From the NCBI GenBank assembly GCA_003693705.1, contig RBZT01000404.1, positions 62,001-126,000 of the forward strand: a stretch of 64,000 nt of DNA. The letters are read 5' to 3'. This document shows, in pieces, positions 25,417-38,764 of the stretch (the stretch's first letter is position 1; every line of letters starts with the position of its first letter). The position numbers and the translations under genes were made by a program. Under the pieces are notes generated by a model. The model saw nothing but the letters and a program-made list of their open reading frames with translations, had not been told where the DNA came from and ran no database searches. Source of the DNA: Polymyxa betae A26-41. Its lineage: Eukaryota > Protista > Endomyxa: Phytomyxea.

Positions 25417-26860
25417 CTATTTGCAAAATTTATTAGACATTGGAGTAAGGAGTCGAATTCGAGACGACGATTCTGTAGCGACCGCCACTAGAGGATGATG
25501 AGGGTGGCCCGAAACTGATGCAATCAGGCTGCCATCAATGGGCACTGAGTTCCAAGCGCCTTTTCTCAAATCCATTCCTCTGAGGAATAGTGTCGTCCCG
25601 TCTGCATACACAATGGATCGTCCGGCCAGCAGAGATGGATATTGCCTGAAACTAGATGTGACACAATGCTTGAAGCTAAACCTCTGCAGCAGAGTTTCAG
25701 TGGAGCATTATGATGGAGACCATTTCCTGACCGAAATCTGTTGCCGATATAGATCAGCAAGAACAAGCCTTGAAGGATTCAATTGAAGAACAAGACAGCG
25801 ATCTGTTACTTTGATTGCTGAATCAACCACAACCGTATCTCGAAGCAACACATGATCTCGAATCAGCATAGTCTTCAAAGCTGTTAGCATAAATCTGTGT
25901 TCATGAATTCATACTTTGAAGATAAACACGATTTGAGTTCACCTATTGTCCCAAATACGAATCAATCCATCAGCATGAGCAGCAACAATCATTTTATCTT
26001 CTGCATATGTCTGGAGGCTAATTTGGAATGCCACAGAGAAACAAGAAAATAAAGTACCGTTAAACTCTGAATAGCATTATTACTTTTACGAACGATTAAT
26101 TCAGAAGTCTGATTCAGCGACTGCTCTTTTCGTTTTCGAATGTCGAAAAGACGGATCCGTCCCGATCTTGTTCCAACAGAAAACAGGTTGGGGTCATGTT
26201 CGAATGGTCCAACGCTCGATATCGTCTCAAATACGCTGAGCCAGACAATGATTTTAAGATACTTCTGTACTGCGAAACCGATTACTCGAGCTGGTTCTTT
26301 CCATTGGTAAACTCTCTAACAGGCTTCATGGCAGATTCAACATCCACAATGGTACATGTCATCCCCGCCACAGCAACTTTCGTAGGATTGATCCTAGAGA
26401 AATATTACGCCTTTTCATCTAAGCTAGATATTTGCAACACCATTCTAACGACGTGATTGGCGAAGCAAGACAGTATTCGGCAACGGTCAATAGACTTGCA
26501 TTATTGAGGTTAATAGACCTGTAACTCCTTGAAAATCGAGGAAAGCGCAGAGTACAGTGGTCGTACGAAATCTGAGCGCGCCCTGTTTGGACAGAACCAG
26601 AGAGCAGCAGCGGCTGGGTCGATTCTCGCCAGCGCATAATCTCAGGCCTAGGACACGATCGTTCATCATCCTGGTCCGATGTCTGCGATGGGAGGGGCGT
26701 TAGGTATCGTCGGATCCATCTGTGATACACATCGGGCGTTAATTTGTCACGCCCAATCATCTGACAATAGCGCTTTCCGTGCCAAGCAAAGACTCTGAGC
26801 GCGCCATTGTACCATTTTGCTTTGGGAATTTCCGGCCAGTTCTACAAACAGCTGGAATTC
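25417..26860 (-). CDS. Probable WD40-repeat protein, multi-exon
   Basis: IVAAHADGLIRIWD and GHPHHPLVAVATESSSRIRL segments resemble WD40 blades; 5' end unresolved. Confidence 0.45.
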
Positions 26861-27431
26861 TGAACCAGTTCCAAAAAATCTGGAATCCCCTTGACTCAGC
26901 AAGCAATTATTTTCGAAACCGATAGATTGCAGCAATCCTGGCGTAATTGCACAACGAAGTTCGCAATTTGATTTAGCACTCCTAGCGGAGCCACGAAGGG
27001 TTCGAAAAGGGGGTTGTTCAGCTCTGAAATCTGAAAGGTACTACGTTTTCAGTTTACAAGTCAACAGGTTTCATCATTGTTTATTAGGTGGTACTGTACC
27101 CTAATTTTGAGCCTTTGAATCCCTTGATTTCAGGGTTCCATACAGAGGTGAGGTCTTATCTGTCAGATTATATTTGTGGACTGCACGATTACAAGAATTA
27201 CCATCGAATCGTTTAGGCCTGAGCACTGCCGGCCATGCGCTCAGGGCACAGTGCCGCCTTTTGGCAAAGATCAGCAAACTAGTATAATACAGTCTAATAG
27301 CTGAAGCCGTTAGCTCAAACTAAAATGTCTCTTAAGTAATTATAGAATAATGAATGTATCAATTTTAACACATGACACAGATATGTCAGATCCAACGAAA
27401 GACGAATTTCAAAATTGAATAGAGAGCTCTA

Positions 27432-28750
27432 CTATTTAACGATGACCGATATGAGCCTAACTATGGCAACTACAGCTATCCCATGATCTTCTAGTAAGTG
27501 CCTGAATCCATAGCCAGTATCGCTTCTTATCGCCCTGGCCGTGATGGGACTATTGACCAAAACGCACCTGTCTTGTCGAAAATGCTGCTCGAAAAGATAT
27601 ACGTCACGATACAAAGCCGTCGTCGTTCGTTTAACGATCGTTGACAGGACAACGCAGATGCAGCAACCGGTTCTGTAATTCGTTGCCCAACTATTCGCTC
27701 AGAACGATCACGGTACAACTGGGCTAGCGTTGAGTCCATGCGGCCAAGCCACCACTGAATCCGTCGTTGCGATCATCAACCCCAGCGACAGCTGGCTGTC
27801 TGTGCGCCAACACAGCGTGGATTCACAATGTGGCGCTCCGTTTGATGATGTGGTCTGTCGAAATCGGCTGAGCTGCTGGATATTTAATACAAGGGTTCAG
27901 TATTGGCTGAGCTTCCTCATGGTTCTTACTGAAAAATTATGTGGATTTGAGCCCAAATATTGCTCAACTGCAGCGCCAGTTTCGATGACGATTAATGACG
28001 TTGCTGCCCCGTTCTATCGTTCGCTTATCAAAGCAGATAAAGCTGTCAACGCCCCCACCAATACATTACGATGCAGGCGGCCTCATTCCCGGTTTCTTTA
28101 AAGTGTTCCTGTAAATCTGCAATCAACGGCGGGCAACAATTTCCGCTTGTATAGTCTGGGCGCATGTTCGTACAGTAACCGTTAAATAAACAGCTGGTGC
28201 TGAAATATCGAGCACTCTTAATAACTGCTAGAGCCTTTGTGAGCACATAGCACATTCGGTGATGTTTTCTAGACCATTTGAGTTTACTTTCTGTCGGAAG
28301 TTAATTTCCGGCAGTCGCTCCGGCAGTAGCGGTGATAGTGGCGGAATAGGAAGCGACATCCGGGGCTTGAAGGAGTCCTCACAGGAACAACAAGACTGTA
28401 TTTATGACTTCCACCTTCCTAGTAAATACAGCTAATGTGCATCATCACGTGTATTGAATGATAATCTTACACTTTGAATGAAGCTGAAAATCGTGTGTTT
28501 GGGGATCCGATTCCAGGATTTTGCTGTGGTCGCATATTTCACCGTCCTTGCTTAATCAATTATTCCATTTCTTGGTGCGAAGACTGCGAAATCGATTGCT
28601 GGCGCAATGGTTTCAAAGCGGTCATCAAACCCGCCCAAAGTGCAACGACAGATTAGAATAGTAACAGCGCTGGATCGGTCAGTGACACAGCTGCTATGTG
28701 CATTTGAAATTGCATGACCAATCGAGCGCGTGTTGTCAATCTTTTTCCTG
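27432..28750 (-). CDS. Possible multi-exon hypothetical protein
   Basis: Some in-frame splice-compatible segments (e.g. ...GSNPHNFS|gtaag..cag|LSRFRQ...); no family recognised; limits approximate. Confidence 0.3.
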
Positions 28751-28828
28751 ACAATCTCTGACTATTTTCATTTCCTAAATGAGCAAGAGACTGAAGAGAG
28801 GAAGCGGGTTCCGCCGTGAACTCGTTAC

Positions 28829-30145
28829 ATGCGCGACCTCTTCATGTTACGATTTAGGCGAGGACTCTCTTTCTGGTGCCCAGCTGGGCATTCATGGTCG
28901 TCATTAGATGTTCCAGAGCCCATCCATCGAGCTGTGGTCAACGCTGGATACACGGCGCCCACTTTGGCACAGTCGCTGACTGTCACCGCCTGTCGGGAGA
29001 ATCCGCAGGCCTTGCATGTTGGTTTGCAAACGGGGACAGGAAAGACTTTGGCTTTTCTCATCCCGATACTTGAGCGTTTATTATTGAGGCCTTCGGCGCC
29101 AAGCCTCTTGCTGGCTCCCTCACTAGAACTATGTCATCAGATTACCGCTGTTTGTGATCGGTTACTTTCTGGTCTGAGCAGCGATCTGGCCTGCGTTCAT
29201 TTACAGTCGTCGATGATTCCAGCCAAACTCAACGAAGCCAACATTATTGTGGCATCGCCCTCCAGTGCCGAACGCGTGTTGGCTCCTAAAGGAACTCTTA
29301 ACCAGCTCGGCACTGTTGTCGTCGACGAAGCCGATTTTATATTAAACGGTGGCAGTGGCCATCAACGAGCGTTGCACTCGATTCTCCAGACGACATCGAA
29401 AAGCAAGGAGATCCAGCACATCATCGTCGGCGCTACGATGCCGCCTTTTGCTTCCAAATATTTGCAAACTCTTTTTCCTGATTTAAAATCAATTCGTAGC
29501 GAAAATTCAATTTCAGCTACTGTCAATCGGTCGTACATTCTTTACGACGGTGACGTCATTTCCCAATTACGAAATGTCGTCGTACCTGGAGAACGGACGC
29601 TCATTTTCTGCAATACATCTGCTATGGTAGATACGGTTGTAGCCGTTTCTCGATGGTTAAAGAAGGCAGCGTTGTTCTCTAGCTCGGTTACGCCCGAGAA
29701 CCGCTGCCTGCTTCTGGACGCGTTCAACAGGAAAAAAATTGACGTTTTGGTTTGCACCGATGCGGCTGCTCGTGGTATTGATTTCATCGACGTCGAGAAC
29801 GTCGTCGAAGTTCCTTTCGCTCTTGACTCTATGACTCACCTGCACCGTGTTGGAAGAACAGGCCGATGTGGTCGTCAAGGACGCTGTACGTTGCCTTTTC
29901 TTCTCAAAAATGTGAAATAATTGTTCTGTGGCAGATTTTTCTCGTTTATTTACTTTTTCAACTGTATCGATGATTTACTGAGCATGTGAATTTTAGCGAC
30001 TGCCTTCTATGAAAGCAGCCGATCTGCATTGGTGGCAGCGCTGGAAGCTGCAGGACCTGGTGAATCAATTGCAGCGGCTTTTACCAGGAAAAGGTCTTTT
30101 AGAAAGAAACAAAAGAAAGCATCGTCTACTGTTAACCTACTTTAA
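28829..30145 (+). CDS. DEAD-box RNA helicase (organellar RH22/DDX28-like), 2 exons
   Basis: TGTGKT, APSLEL, VVDEAD, GAT, TDAAARGID, HRVGRTGR; the spliced C-terminus AFTRKRSFRKK resembles the tail of plant RH22. Confidence 0.9.
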
Positions 30146-30327
30146 TGTAAACTCAATGGAATATTGATTTATATGACAGTCTTGACAGATTCTAGCTTTA
30201 GATCTTTTGCAACGTCGCGGCTTCCTTGGCTGCTTTTGCCATTGGGAGAACCCCCAAATACTTCTGCTATTAAGTACCTAACATTGCTATAACAGGTTCA
30301 AAACTTGCCGCTTTCACTCTAGAAAAT

Positions 30328-31941
30328 ATGGATTACCTCATTACCATAGCAAGCTGTCAGTTAGGCAATAACTCGATTCTTAATCCTATATCTTACGATG
30401 GATTACAAGCCAGCAGTTTCGAATGGTTTCTAGATACAAGGATTTGAGAGCTTCTGGGTCATCGTTCAATAAATGCTATAGGTACCGTGATTCGTCAATT
30501 CGATCAGCACTCGGTTGCGAAACGACAAAAACGATGCCTTATTGTATTGAATTTACCGAACAGAGAGAAATAGCTGCAGAGATAGACCAGAAGAGAGCTC
30601 GTCCGTCGTCTTGGCTGTGATTCCGTGATTCGAACGCCAAGGAAGTTAAGAAACAGCAAACTGCGATACTCTGTCGAGAGCAGAATGGGAGCAGAAACGT
30701 TCCTGAGAGTGAAGTCCAACAGGTTCAGAACCAGTTCCGACCAAGGTATAGCAGGATTGTAAATGTCTGAGAATCAGTTCTGCATCGCTACTTTTTTACA
30801 CATTGGTGAGCGTCCAAATCATGCGATAACTGCTTTTGCTCACGATCGGGTGATACATTCTTGAATGAATTTAAATCTTTAGCGTTGAAGGTGCAGTTGA
30901 TACTATAGGGTCAAACCCAACGTTGTTGCTGATCAGCTCACGCGCGATGAAAATGGATTTCGAGGGCCTATCCTCCGCCCTCCTCGATCGATGGAGAAGT
31001 GGGTTTCGATCAAGACAGAAATTGCCAATCTGTTGCTTTTTACCGAAAACGAAACAAGCAGTGCTGGCAGGCAGTAGAGCCCAAGCGCTCTGTGCCAAGA
31101 AAATATCACTCAGTAGGGGGTATCAGAATTAGACAAACGTTGAACTTTAAATTTGATTTTTCAGCCGTAAGAAGCGATTTCCAAATAAAAACTATCAAGT
31201 GACACCTCCTGAAGGTGTTTTTTTAAGGAACAACAACTTGGAAAGACAATGGGATGAAGGAAGCTAAGATAATATTCGAAAATTTTCAGGCTAAAGACGT
31301 CGAAGAAACGGCGTAAGTAATGTACAAGAACTAGCTGACAGTTTGTTTTCTGTTCCCAATCTATTGAACTCAGGCTAATAAAGACATCCAATGAGTGTGC
31401 ATGCAGATTGTTTTGGCACCGGTTCGTTTGTCTTAAACATGGGTGCGGATGTGAAGACAATATCGACAAATAAAACTGCAAACTTCGTTCGTAGGGTTGT
31501 TCTTCAACAGTACTTCGTGATGGAGGCAGAAGAACGAACCTATCTTGATGCTAATTGAAGCACTATTCATGGGAACCCGATTCACTTGAGGAAGTGCTTT
31601 CGGCAGATTTCTTGATATCGATTGTAGCTCAAAACAAACGAAACGAGGCTCAAACAGGATTCTGTAGGATGTGTAGCAAGTCATGATTTGAATTTCGATG
31701 TTGTCAGCTCATCACCTTCTGGTACGGTTTTTGGATTCAGTTTCATCATCGTACAGTGAGCAACCAAATCACCATCTTGGAACATTCGATTTTGGCTTTT
31801 GCAATGATCATCAAAAAAAGAAACGAAATAAAGGTTGGCGACGAGCAGGAAAACTTTATTTTAGAGTCTTTACTTGGCGTTTTAGGCAAATTTGGGGTAT
31901 TTGTTATAAACAGTGGCCCAATCGGCCTTGCCGCGGCATAA
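30328..31941 (+). CDS. Multi-exon hypothetical protein whose 3' end overlaps the GlyRS 3' end
   Basis: ATG at 30328; several GT-AG introns keep frame (…SFEW|YRDSS…, …SSPS|VSNQITIL…); stop at 31885 or 31941. Confidence 0.4.
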
Positions 31942-34542
31942 ATCAGAAAGAACATTGACACATTCACAAATCTACGCCACGTGTTAATGCAGATAGAATC
32001 AACAGTAAATCAAGGGTACCTTAATGCGAACTTGCTGCATCGAGTCGCGTTCCCGAATCGTAACCGATTCATCTTGACATGTTTCGAAATCAACCGTGAC
32101 ACCGAAAGGAATGCCGATCTGCAAAAGCGAGCTAGGTCAAACAGCCAAATAGAACATCAATTTAGAATACGAAAAGCAACAAATAGAGACAAAATCACAG
32201 CTGCATAACGTTGTTACGACAAAAAAGCGCACACCTCATCAGCTCGCGAATAACGTTTGCCGATCGAAGCAGTGGAGACATCCTCGTTAACGCTGATGTC
32301 GGCATTCAGCAAGCGAGCGGTCAAATCGGCGGAGATCGCGCGAAGCTCGGCTTGATTGCTCAATGGCAGGACCGAGACCTTGATGGGGGCGACCGCGGCC
32401 GGGAATGAGAACACGTGTCTGGCCGGGTTCTCCTCTAAACCGTCGCTCAGCAAGCGCCATAACAAATCACAGCACGATCACGTACCTGGGTTTCGAACGG
32501 ACAGCGAATGCTCCAGAAGGCAGTAAACGATCCGACCGATACCGAACGACGGCTCGATCACGGCGGGGACGTACGACTCGCCCGATTTCGTCTCGGTGAC
32601 ATGCTCGAAGGAGACCATCTCCTGATCGATCTCGAACACCTGCTTCGTGCAAGGCACCAGCATGTTCACTTTGCCATTCGCCTAAAACCGAATTGAAACC
32701 ATCGAACATGATTCGAGGCGATCGTCGTACTTGCATCTCGGCCTGGAACGATTTGCATCGGTCGGCATCCTGGGCGATGTCCTCGAGCGTTTCGGCGACG
32801 ATTCGCGCGTCTTTGCGGAATTTCGGGCCCAGACGAGATTTGTTGATATTGGCGCGGACGAACTCAACCTGACGAGGCTGATCCCAGGCTTCATACGCAC
32901 ACAGATCTGATCGATCAAGGGTGAGGTCGACAGCAGCATGCGATCAGCTGGCAGCCACAGACCGAATTTCGTGTGCGCGCTGTGCTGAGTGAGATCGTAA
33001 CACGATCGGTCAGCATGACCAACGCATTCGATCCAGCCATACGACGTGTGAATCTCGGCGTCCCAGCAATCGCTGGCGTAATGAGCCATCTCGGTGCTCT
33101 TGTGCTGACGGAATCGCAGACGGTCGTACTTGATGCCGATTTTCATCAGGAACAGCTTCGCGATCGATATCAGCAATCGGGGCGAGAAAAACAGACAGAA
33201 AGCCGACCTGAGTTCGGGCCATGAAATACGCGAGCGTTTCGTTGTCGATGACCTTGTTAGCGACAGCATCGCGAACCTTCATGGGGACGGCGATGTCGGC
33301 GCCGTCTTGAGCGGCTGCTGGCAGCAGCATCATAACTTCATCGGCGACGGCCGCGAAGCGCGGATGCTGTTTGCGTTCGGGATGGACAAAGTGCTCGATT
33401 TCGGCCATCTGGAATTCACGAACACGCAGCAAGCCCGACCTAATTGAATTTAACAAAAGCGAATTTCAAAGGCGAGCCGACTACCGCGGGGCGATTTCGT
33501 TTCGGAACGCGAGACCGATTTGAGCGGCAGCGAACGGCATCCGACCGCCTCGAAACTCGAGAAGACGGCGGAAATTGGTGAAGATGCCCTGAGCGGTTTC
33601 GGGACGAAGATAGCCATGAATCTTTCCACTCGGACCTGATCATCGATTCAAAAGGCTGCAAGATGATACAGAAATGCAGACCGATCGGCGTGCCGAACAT
33701 GAGATTGAAGGAGAAAGGCTCCGAGATCGGATTGCTGGTGTCCTCAGCCTTGACGTTGAGATCCTTGAGGACCTGGGCCAGCTCGTCCTTCGAATAGGCG
33801 TCGGCCTGGGAGCGGATCGCTTTCAGATTGGCGCGCTCCGCTTCAAGCATCGTCGGCGACGCCAGCAGCTTGTCGATATGGGACTCCAGCAGCTAGACCG
33901 AGAATCAGCAAGCAGCATTCAACGCTCTCAAGATCAAACGCTTCAAGAAGACATAATGGATAAAAAATGGGTGGAATTGGCACCTTGTCAGCACGATATG
34001 CATCATTAGTATGGACATCACGAACCATGAAATCGGTGAATCGATCAACATGGCCTGGTCGCAACAATCAGAAGCGAAAGTGGACCCGAACAGGTCACAA
34101 ACCGGATGTCTTCAAAACATCGGACAATGTGAGACAGCTGGTGGAAACTTCCAGCATCTGCTCGGCGAGAATGAAGTGATTTCTCCAGATCGATAGAATG
34201 TTCTCTTTCACCTAGCAGCTTCAAATTAAACAAGACCAAACCTGAAATATTCAAAAAAAAGTTGAATACCGCGGTACCAGCAGGCCCGTAGTCGTATAGA
34301 CCAGCTACACCACCATAGATCTCGAAACTCGGCACGACGAAGAAGCGCTGCAGAAGCAAAGCATCGAGGCTTTCCTTGACCGGGTCCTTGGATTTCCCGG
34401 CCTTGTCAGCGTCGGCCGCCAGTTCGGCATCGATCAATTTCAGTTCGGCGACCAGGTCGGCGACGTTTTTGTTGGCAGCTTTGGCGACGGCGATGTCGGC
34501 CGCCACCGCTTGACGGTGCGTACGAAGATCATCAAGAGACAT
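31882..34542 (-). CDS. GARS1: Glycyl-tRNA synthetase (eukaryotic alpha2 type)
   Basis: [83 protein letters not shown]|IGIPF. Confidence 0.97.
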
Positions 34543-35041
34543 GAGACAAATGCGAAATTAGGCAAGGCGGGCAGCTCGGCCGACTCGGCGGACTCCGTCA
34601 CGCATAACATCTCATCAACATGATACTGATTTCCTGATAACAGTGACGAAGATGTGTCTAGACCACGTCATCATGGATTGAGAATTTTTTTGAAAATCGA
34701 ATATCATTTTATCGTGCTGTGTCGAATCCATTTCACGACAATACCAGATCGCCCATTTTATAAGAAGACCATCGAGGGAAAATTAGTCTGAATTACAACA
34801 TTGACCAGGCAGGAGTGCTTGTTTGACGCGCTCACAGAGAGCGACGATGTTCGCATAAGGCCAGGCTATATAGATCTGGTGTGTGAAAATCCAGCCCACA
34901 AATTGCAAACTGCCTCAAGTTTAAGGCGGTTTGTAAGGGAGGCCGCGCCCACAGTCTCTCCGAGTTGGCTTTGGACAGGCGCGCACTATTATTTATTGTA
35001 TTCGTTGAAAGCGACAGTCTCTAGTCGTTATCGATTATAGA

Positions 35042-35581
35042 ATGGTGGGTGGACGAGGAGGTAGAGGCGGACGAGGCGGTGCTCGCGGCGGCCGTGGTCG
35101 AGGCTCAGGAGACGTTGCCAATCGTGGGTCCGGGAATGGGAACTTTGGGTCGTCTCGCCCGTCCATGTCCTTGAATGATCGATTCACCCAGCTATCAAGT
35201 GTCCAGAAGCCATCGACGACTACATTCAGGCATGCAATCTAGCATATGCCAATCGGACGCGTCATTTACGGTATTCCCAGGGCGGTGCTTAGCAGTGATA
35301 AAGCGACCAAATTTAGCCGTACTAACGGGTCCAAGCCCAAAGGCGCTGGACGTGGCGGGCGCGTTCAGGGTCGAGGCGGAAAAGGTGCAGGAGCTAGAGG
35401 AAATGGTGGCCGTCGAAACAGTAACCCCAAGACGAAAAAACTTTCTAAGGAGCAGCTGGATATGCAGCTCGATGAGATCATGGGTCACGATCCGAAGGAG
35501 ACCCAGCGCAGTCGTTTAGATGAAGACATGGACTCTTATTGGAACACGAAACCTTCTGCTCAGGTCCCGATTTCAACATAA
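35042..35581 (+). CDS. RGG-rich CHTOP/FoP-like mRNA-export adaptor
   Basis: RGG boxes, N-terminal SMSLNDRF, duplicated C-terminal motif LSKEQLDMQLDEIM / RLDEDMDSYW; the internal TAG (35240-35242) needs an intron or readthrough. Confidence 0.75.
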
Positions 35582-36160
35582 AGCGACATCATGTGATTCT
35601 TATCTATCCCGGCGATTTGGATGTCGATTGGTGTCGCTGATTCAGTTTTGCTATTATGTCACAGGTCATTTCATAATTTTACTGCTCAAGCTGCTTTAAT
35701 TTTTGTCTGTTTGCCCAAGCGTACTACCGTGCCCATTTCGACGGCTGCATGCGTCCAGCAGATTTCATTTTACAGCTTTCGTCATCGAGTCGTATGCAGG
35801 GCCCTCTATGATATCGATCACTATTTTCCGCTTTCAACAGTATCTGCTACTAACTCTTCTATATCTGCAGCAAACTGAATCTCGACACATTCTGCTTGAA
35901 ATTCTTAACCCTCCATGCAGGAGACAGGTGATATGTATTTATTGTTGCCCCGTTTGGGTGGTTCGGCTGAACGGCTCTAATGTCTTTTACTCCTTTAGCT
36001 TACTTCTTGGGCTGCCCAAAATACAGAATGGATATTATTTCTCATAAATGCATATATTTCTAATTATAATTTGGAATATGCGACTCTCGGTTTGCGCGCC
36101 AAATGGACCTGGAACGGCGCGGGGTGCGTCGTCAATATAAACTGTAGCGACGTCCGTTCG

Positions 36161-38176
36161 ATGGGAATTAAAGGGCTCCTTGTTGAGCTCCGTCCTATCA
36201 CCGATCGTATTCATATATCTGAATTCAAAGGGTTTGATACGTTGTACAGAATGCTGGTGTACAGTTAACCTGTTTAGGAAGCGGATCGCTATTGATGCAT
36301 CATGCTGGCTGCATCGTTCTGCTTTTACCTGCACGTTGCAGCTAGCTTTAGGTAAACCAACCAAGGCTTGGCTTTCATGGTAACTTTATAATGCATTAGA
36401 CGTTTCGGCTAGTAATCTTTATGGCCTTCAAATCTGTCACTCGTTGCTCATTATTCTCTCACAGGTGCATATCTATGCTCGAAATGCTTCAGCAGAATGG
36501 GATAAAGCCAGTGTTCGTGTTCGATGGCATCGCTTTGCCTCAGAAGCAGGAGGAGAACCAGCGTCGTGGAGATCTAAGAGCGGCAGCTCGACAGCGCGGG
36601 ATGGAATTGATGGAATTCGGAAACGAACGCGAAGCAAGCATTGCTTTTCAGCAGGCGATTTCTATCAGCCCTGAAATGCAGCGCGATTTTGTCGTCGCGC
36701 TGAGGAATCGCCAGATAGATTATATAGTTGCTCCATATGAAGTAAGCGCTTTTAGCTCAGTTTTCTTCCAATGGTAATGTTTGGATCTACCGTTTTTATT
36801 TCATGCTGGTCAACGGTCGAAGAGTGCTTTGTTTGAAGATTTTAACAGGCCGATGCTCAACTTGCATTTCTATTTCAATCTGGCGATGTCGATGCGGTTA
36901 TCACAGAGGATTCAGATCTTCTCTTGTTTGGTATTCAGCCAGCTGATATTTAGCTCCTTTGCTCAATGATCAAATCCGCAGGCGTACGACGAATGATCAC
37001 GAAGTTAGCCAAGGATGGATTTGGCGAGTTAACAGACATGGCTAGGGTAAATTTTCATGTTTTTATTAGTGGAGCTTTGCCTCAAACTTTGCACTTACTA
37101 GCAACCATGCATTCAACTAAGGCCATGTTTTGCAGCTGAATTCATCTGAAGCAAGGAACTCTCGGTTTACCGACGCCTTACGGTCCTTATCCCACGAACG
37201 GTTTCTAACAGTCTGCATAATGTCTGGCTGCGATTACGTTGATGGTCTCCCAGGGATAGGACTGAAAACAGCATTGAAATATGCCCGTGAGCATTCCACT
37301 CCTGAACGGATCCTTCGTGCTTATTGCCGAAAGCATCCACTGCCGCCTGATTATCATGCAAAATTTAAGCGAGCGCTGTTGACATTCCAGCATCAGCGCG
37401 TTTATGACCGGTCATCTGGTACGCTGTGCCATTTAAGCGGCGTGAAAACCTTTGAAGACGATGGCGAATATCTTGGCGCCGCTCTTTCCGATGATACCAT
37501 TAAGAATTTGGTCACGGGGGCGTTAAATACGAAAACTTTGGTAGCCGTTCCATTGGATGACCCTTTACCTGTTGAAGATGTACCTGCGCCAGCACCCACT
37601 CTAAGAATTCTTTCTCAACCGGCAGGACTCAAAACGTTTTCAGATGAAGTTAATGTCCACAAAAAGCAGAAAAAGGATTTCCATAATGTAAGTTGCTGCT
37701 TTATATTCTCCACCACATTAGCAATGATATAGCTCTTTGTATTTTTTGTGATGCAATGGTACTGATATGAGATTTAGGATTTGGTTTTGTTGAAGGACAT
37801 TTTCGGATCATCTCAAGAACGCGAATTACCTATTGCGGTTGGTGGCGACAGCCTGTTGAAATCCCTTCGCGAGGCATCGTTTACTGCAAACCATTTGCCA
37901 AGCCAAGAAATCATCAGAACCGTGACCAATGTATCACAAGAGAATATTCCTCCAGCACCAGCGACGGGTACTGCTTCCCATTGCAAGCAGATTTTGCCAG
38001 AAACGCGCACCCCCGTCTCAAAGGGCGCCGACTTTCGGAAATCGACTACTTCGGCGAACTTGTCCAACAAGCGTTCAGCACCATCTACCAGTCGCGGCTG
38101 GGTTAAGCGAATCAAGAAACCAGTGCAGCAGGTACAAAGGAGACTAACCGAGTTCTTTTCTGTAAAACATGTCTAA
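36161..38176 (+). CDS. EXO1: Exonuclease 1 (XPG/RAD2 family)
   Basis: MGIKGLL, IAIDASCWLHR, IKPVFVFDG, YIVAPYE|ADAQLA, ITEDSDLL, CIMSGCDY..LPGIGLKTA, TFQHQRVYD; C-terminal PIP-box-like QRRLTEFF. Confidence 0.95.
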
Positions 38177-38465
38177 GCTTTAAACGCTTATCCATTGTCA
38201 ACTAAGTAGGTTTGAGACGTTACCTACGCTTATCATATGCGGCATTCGTCTTCAAGTCGACAGTCAATGAGCCGCTTGCCCTCGAAACAACGTAGCAAGG
38301 CGAATCTGCATTATTCTCGACAAGACGCCTTCTTTTGCCCTGATATGAAGTGGAGATACCTTTGTCACCAGTATCCTTCTCTTGGTTCTCAATTTTGATG
38401 TGGAGAAATGTCATCTAAAAGCACCCCTGTTCGTACGGGCAACATTTTCTTCGGTATGTGCTTGT

Positions 38466-38700
38466 CATAGTCAGAATAGGATTATGAAGAGGCCTCGTTG
38501 TAACATACTTTGAATTGGAAATGGCATGACGCAGCCCACTGCATCATAGTCAGATTAAGATTAAGAGGCCCCGTTGTAACCCATTTTGAATTGGGGATGG
38601 AATGACGCTGCCCAACTGCATCATAGTCAGAATAAGATAGGAGGAGGCCTCGTTGTAACAAATTTTGAATTGGGAATGGAATGACGCAGCCCAATTGCAT
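38466..38700. repeat. Diverged tandem repeat, 3 x ~78 bp, intergenic
   Basis: Units CATAGTCAGA...GAGGCC(T/C)CGTTGTAAC...TTTGAATTGG...ATGACGC(A/T)GCCCA..TGCAT start at 38466, 38545 and 38622. Confidence 0.9.
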
Positions 38701-38764
38701 TGACAGTAACGCAATCTAATCGGTTGCTCGCTCGTGCCATTTAAAGACAAAAGACGTTCTCAAC

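Noticed and set aside
38466-38700. CRISPR-like array (also considered for 5500-5633 and 57496-57680)
   Set aside because: The units are contiguous with no unique spacers, there are no cas genes, and the context is a spliced eukaryotic genome.
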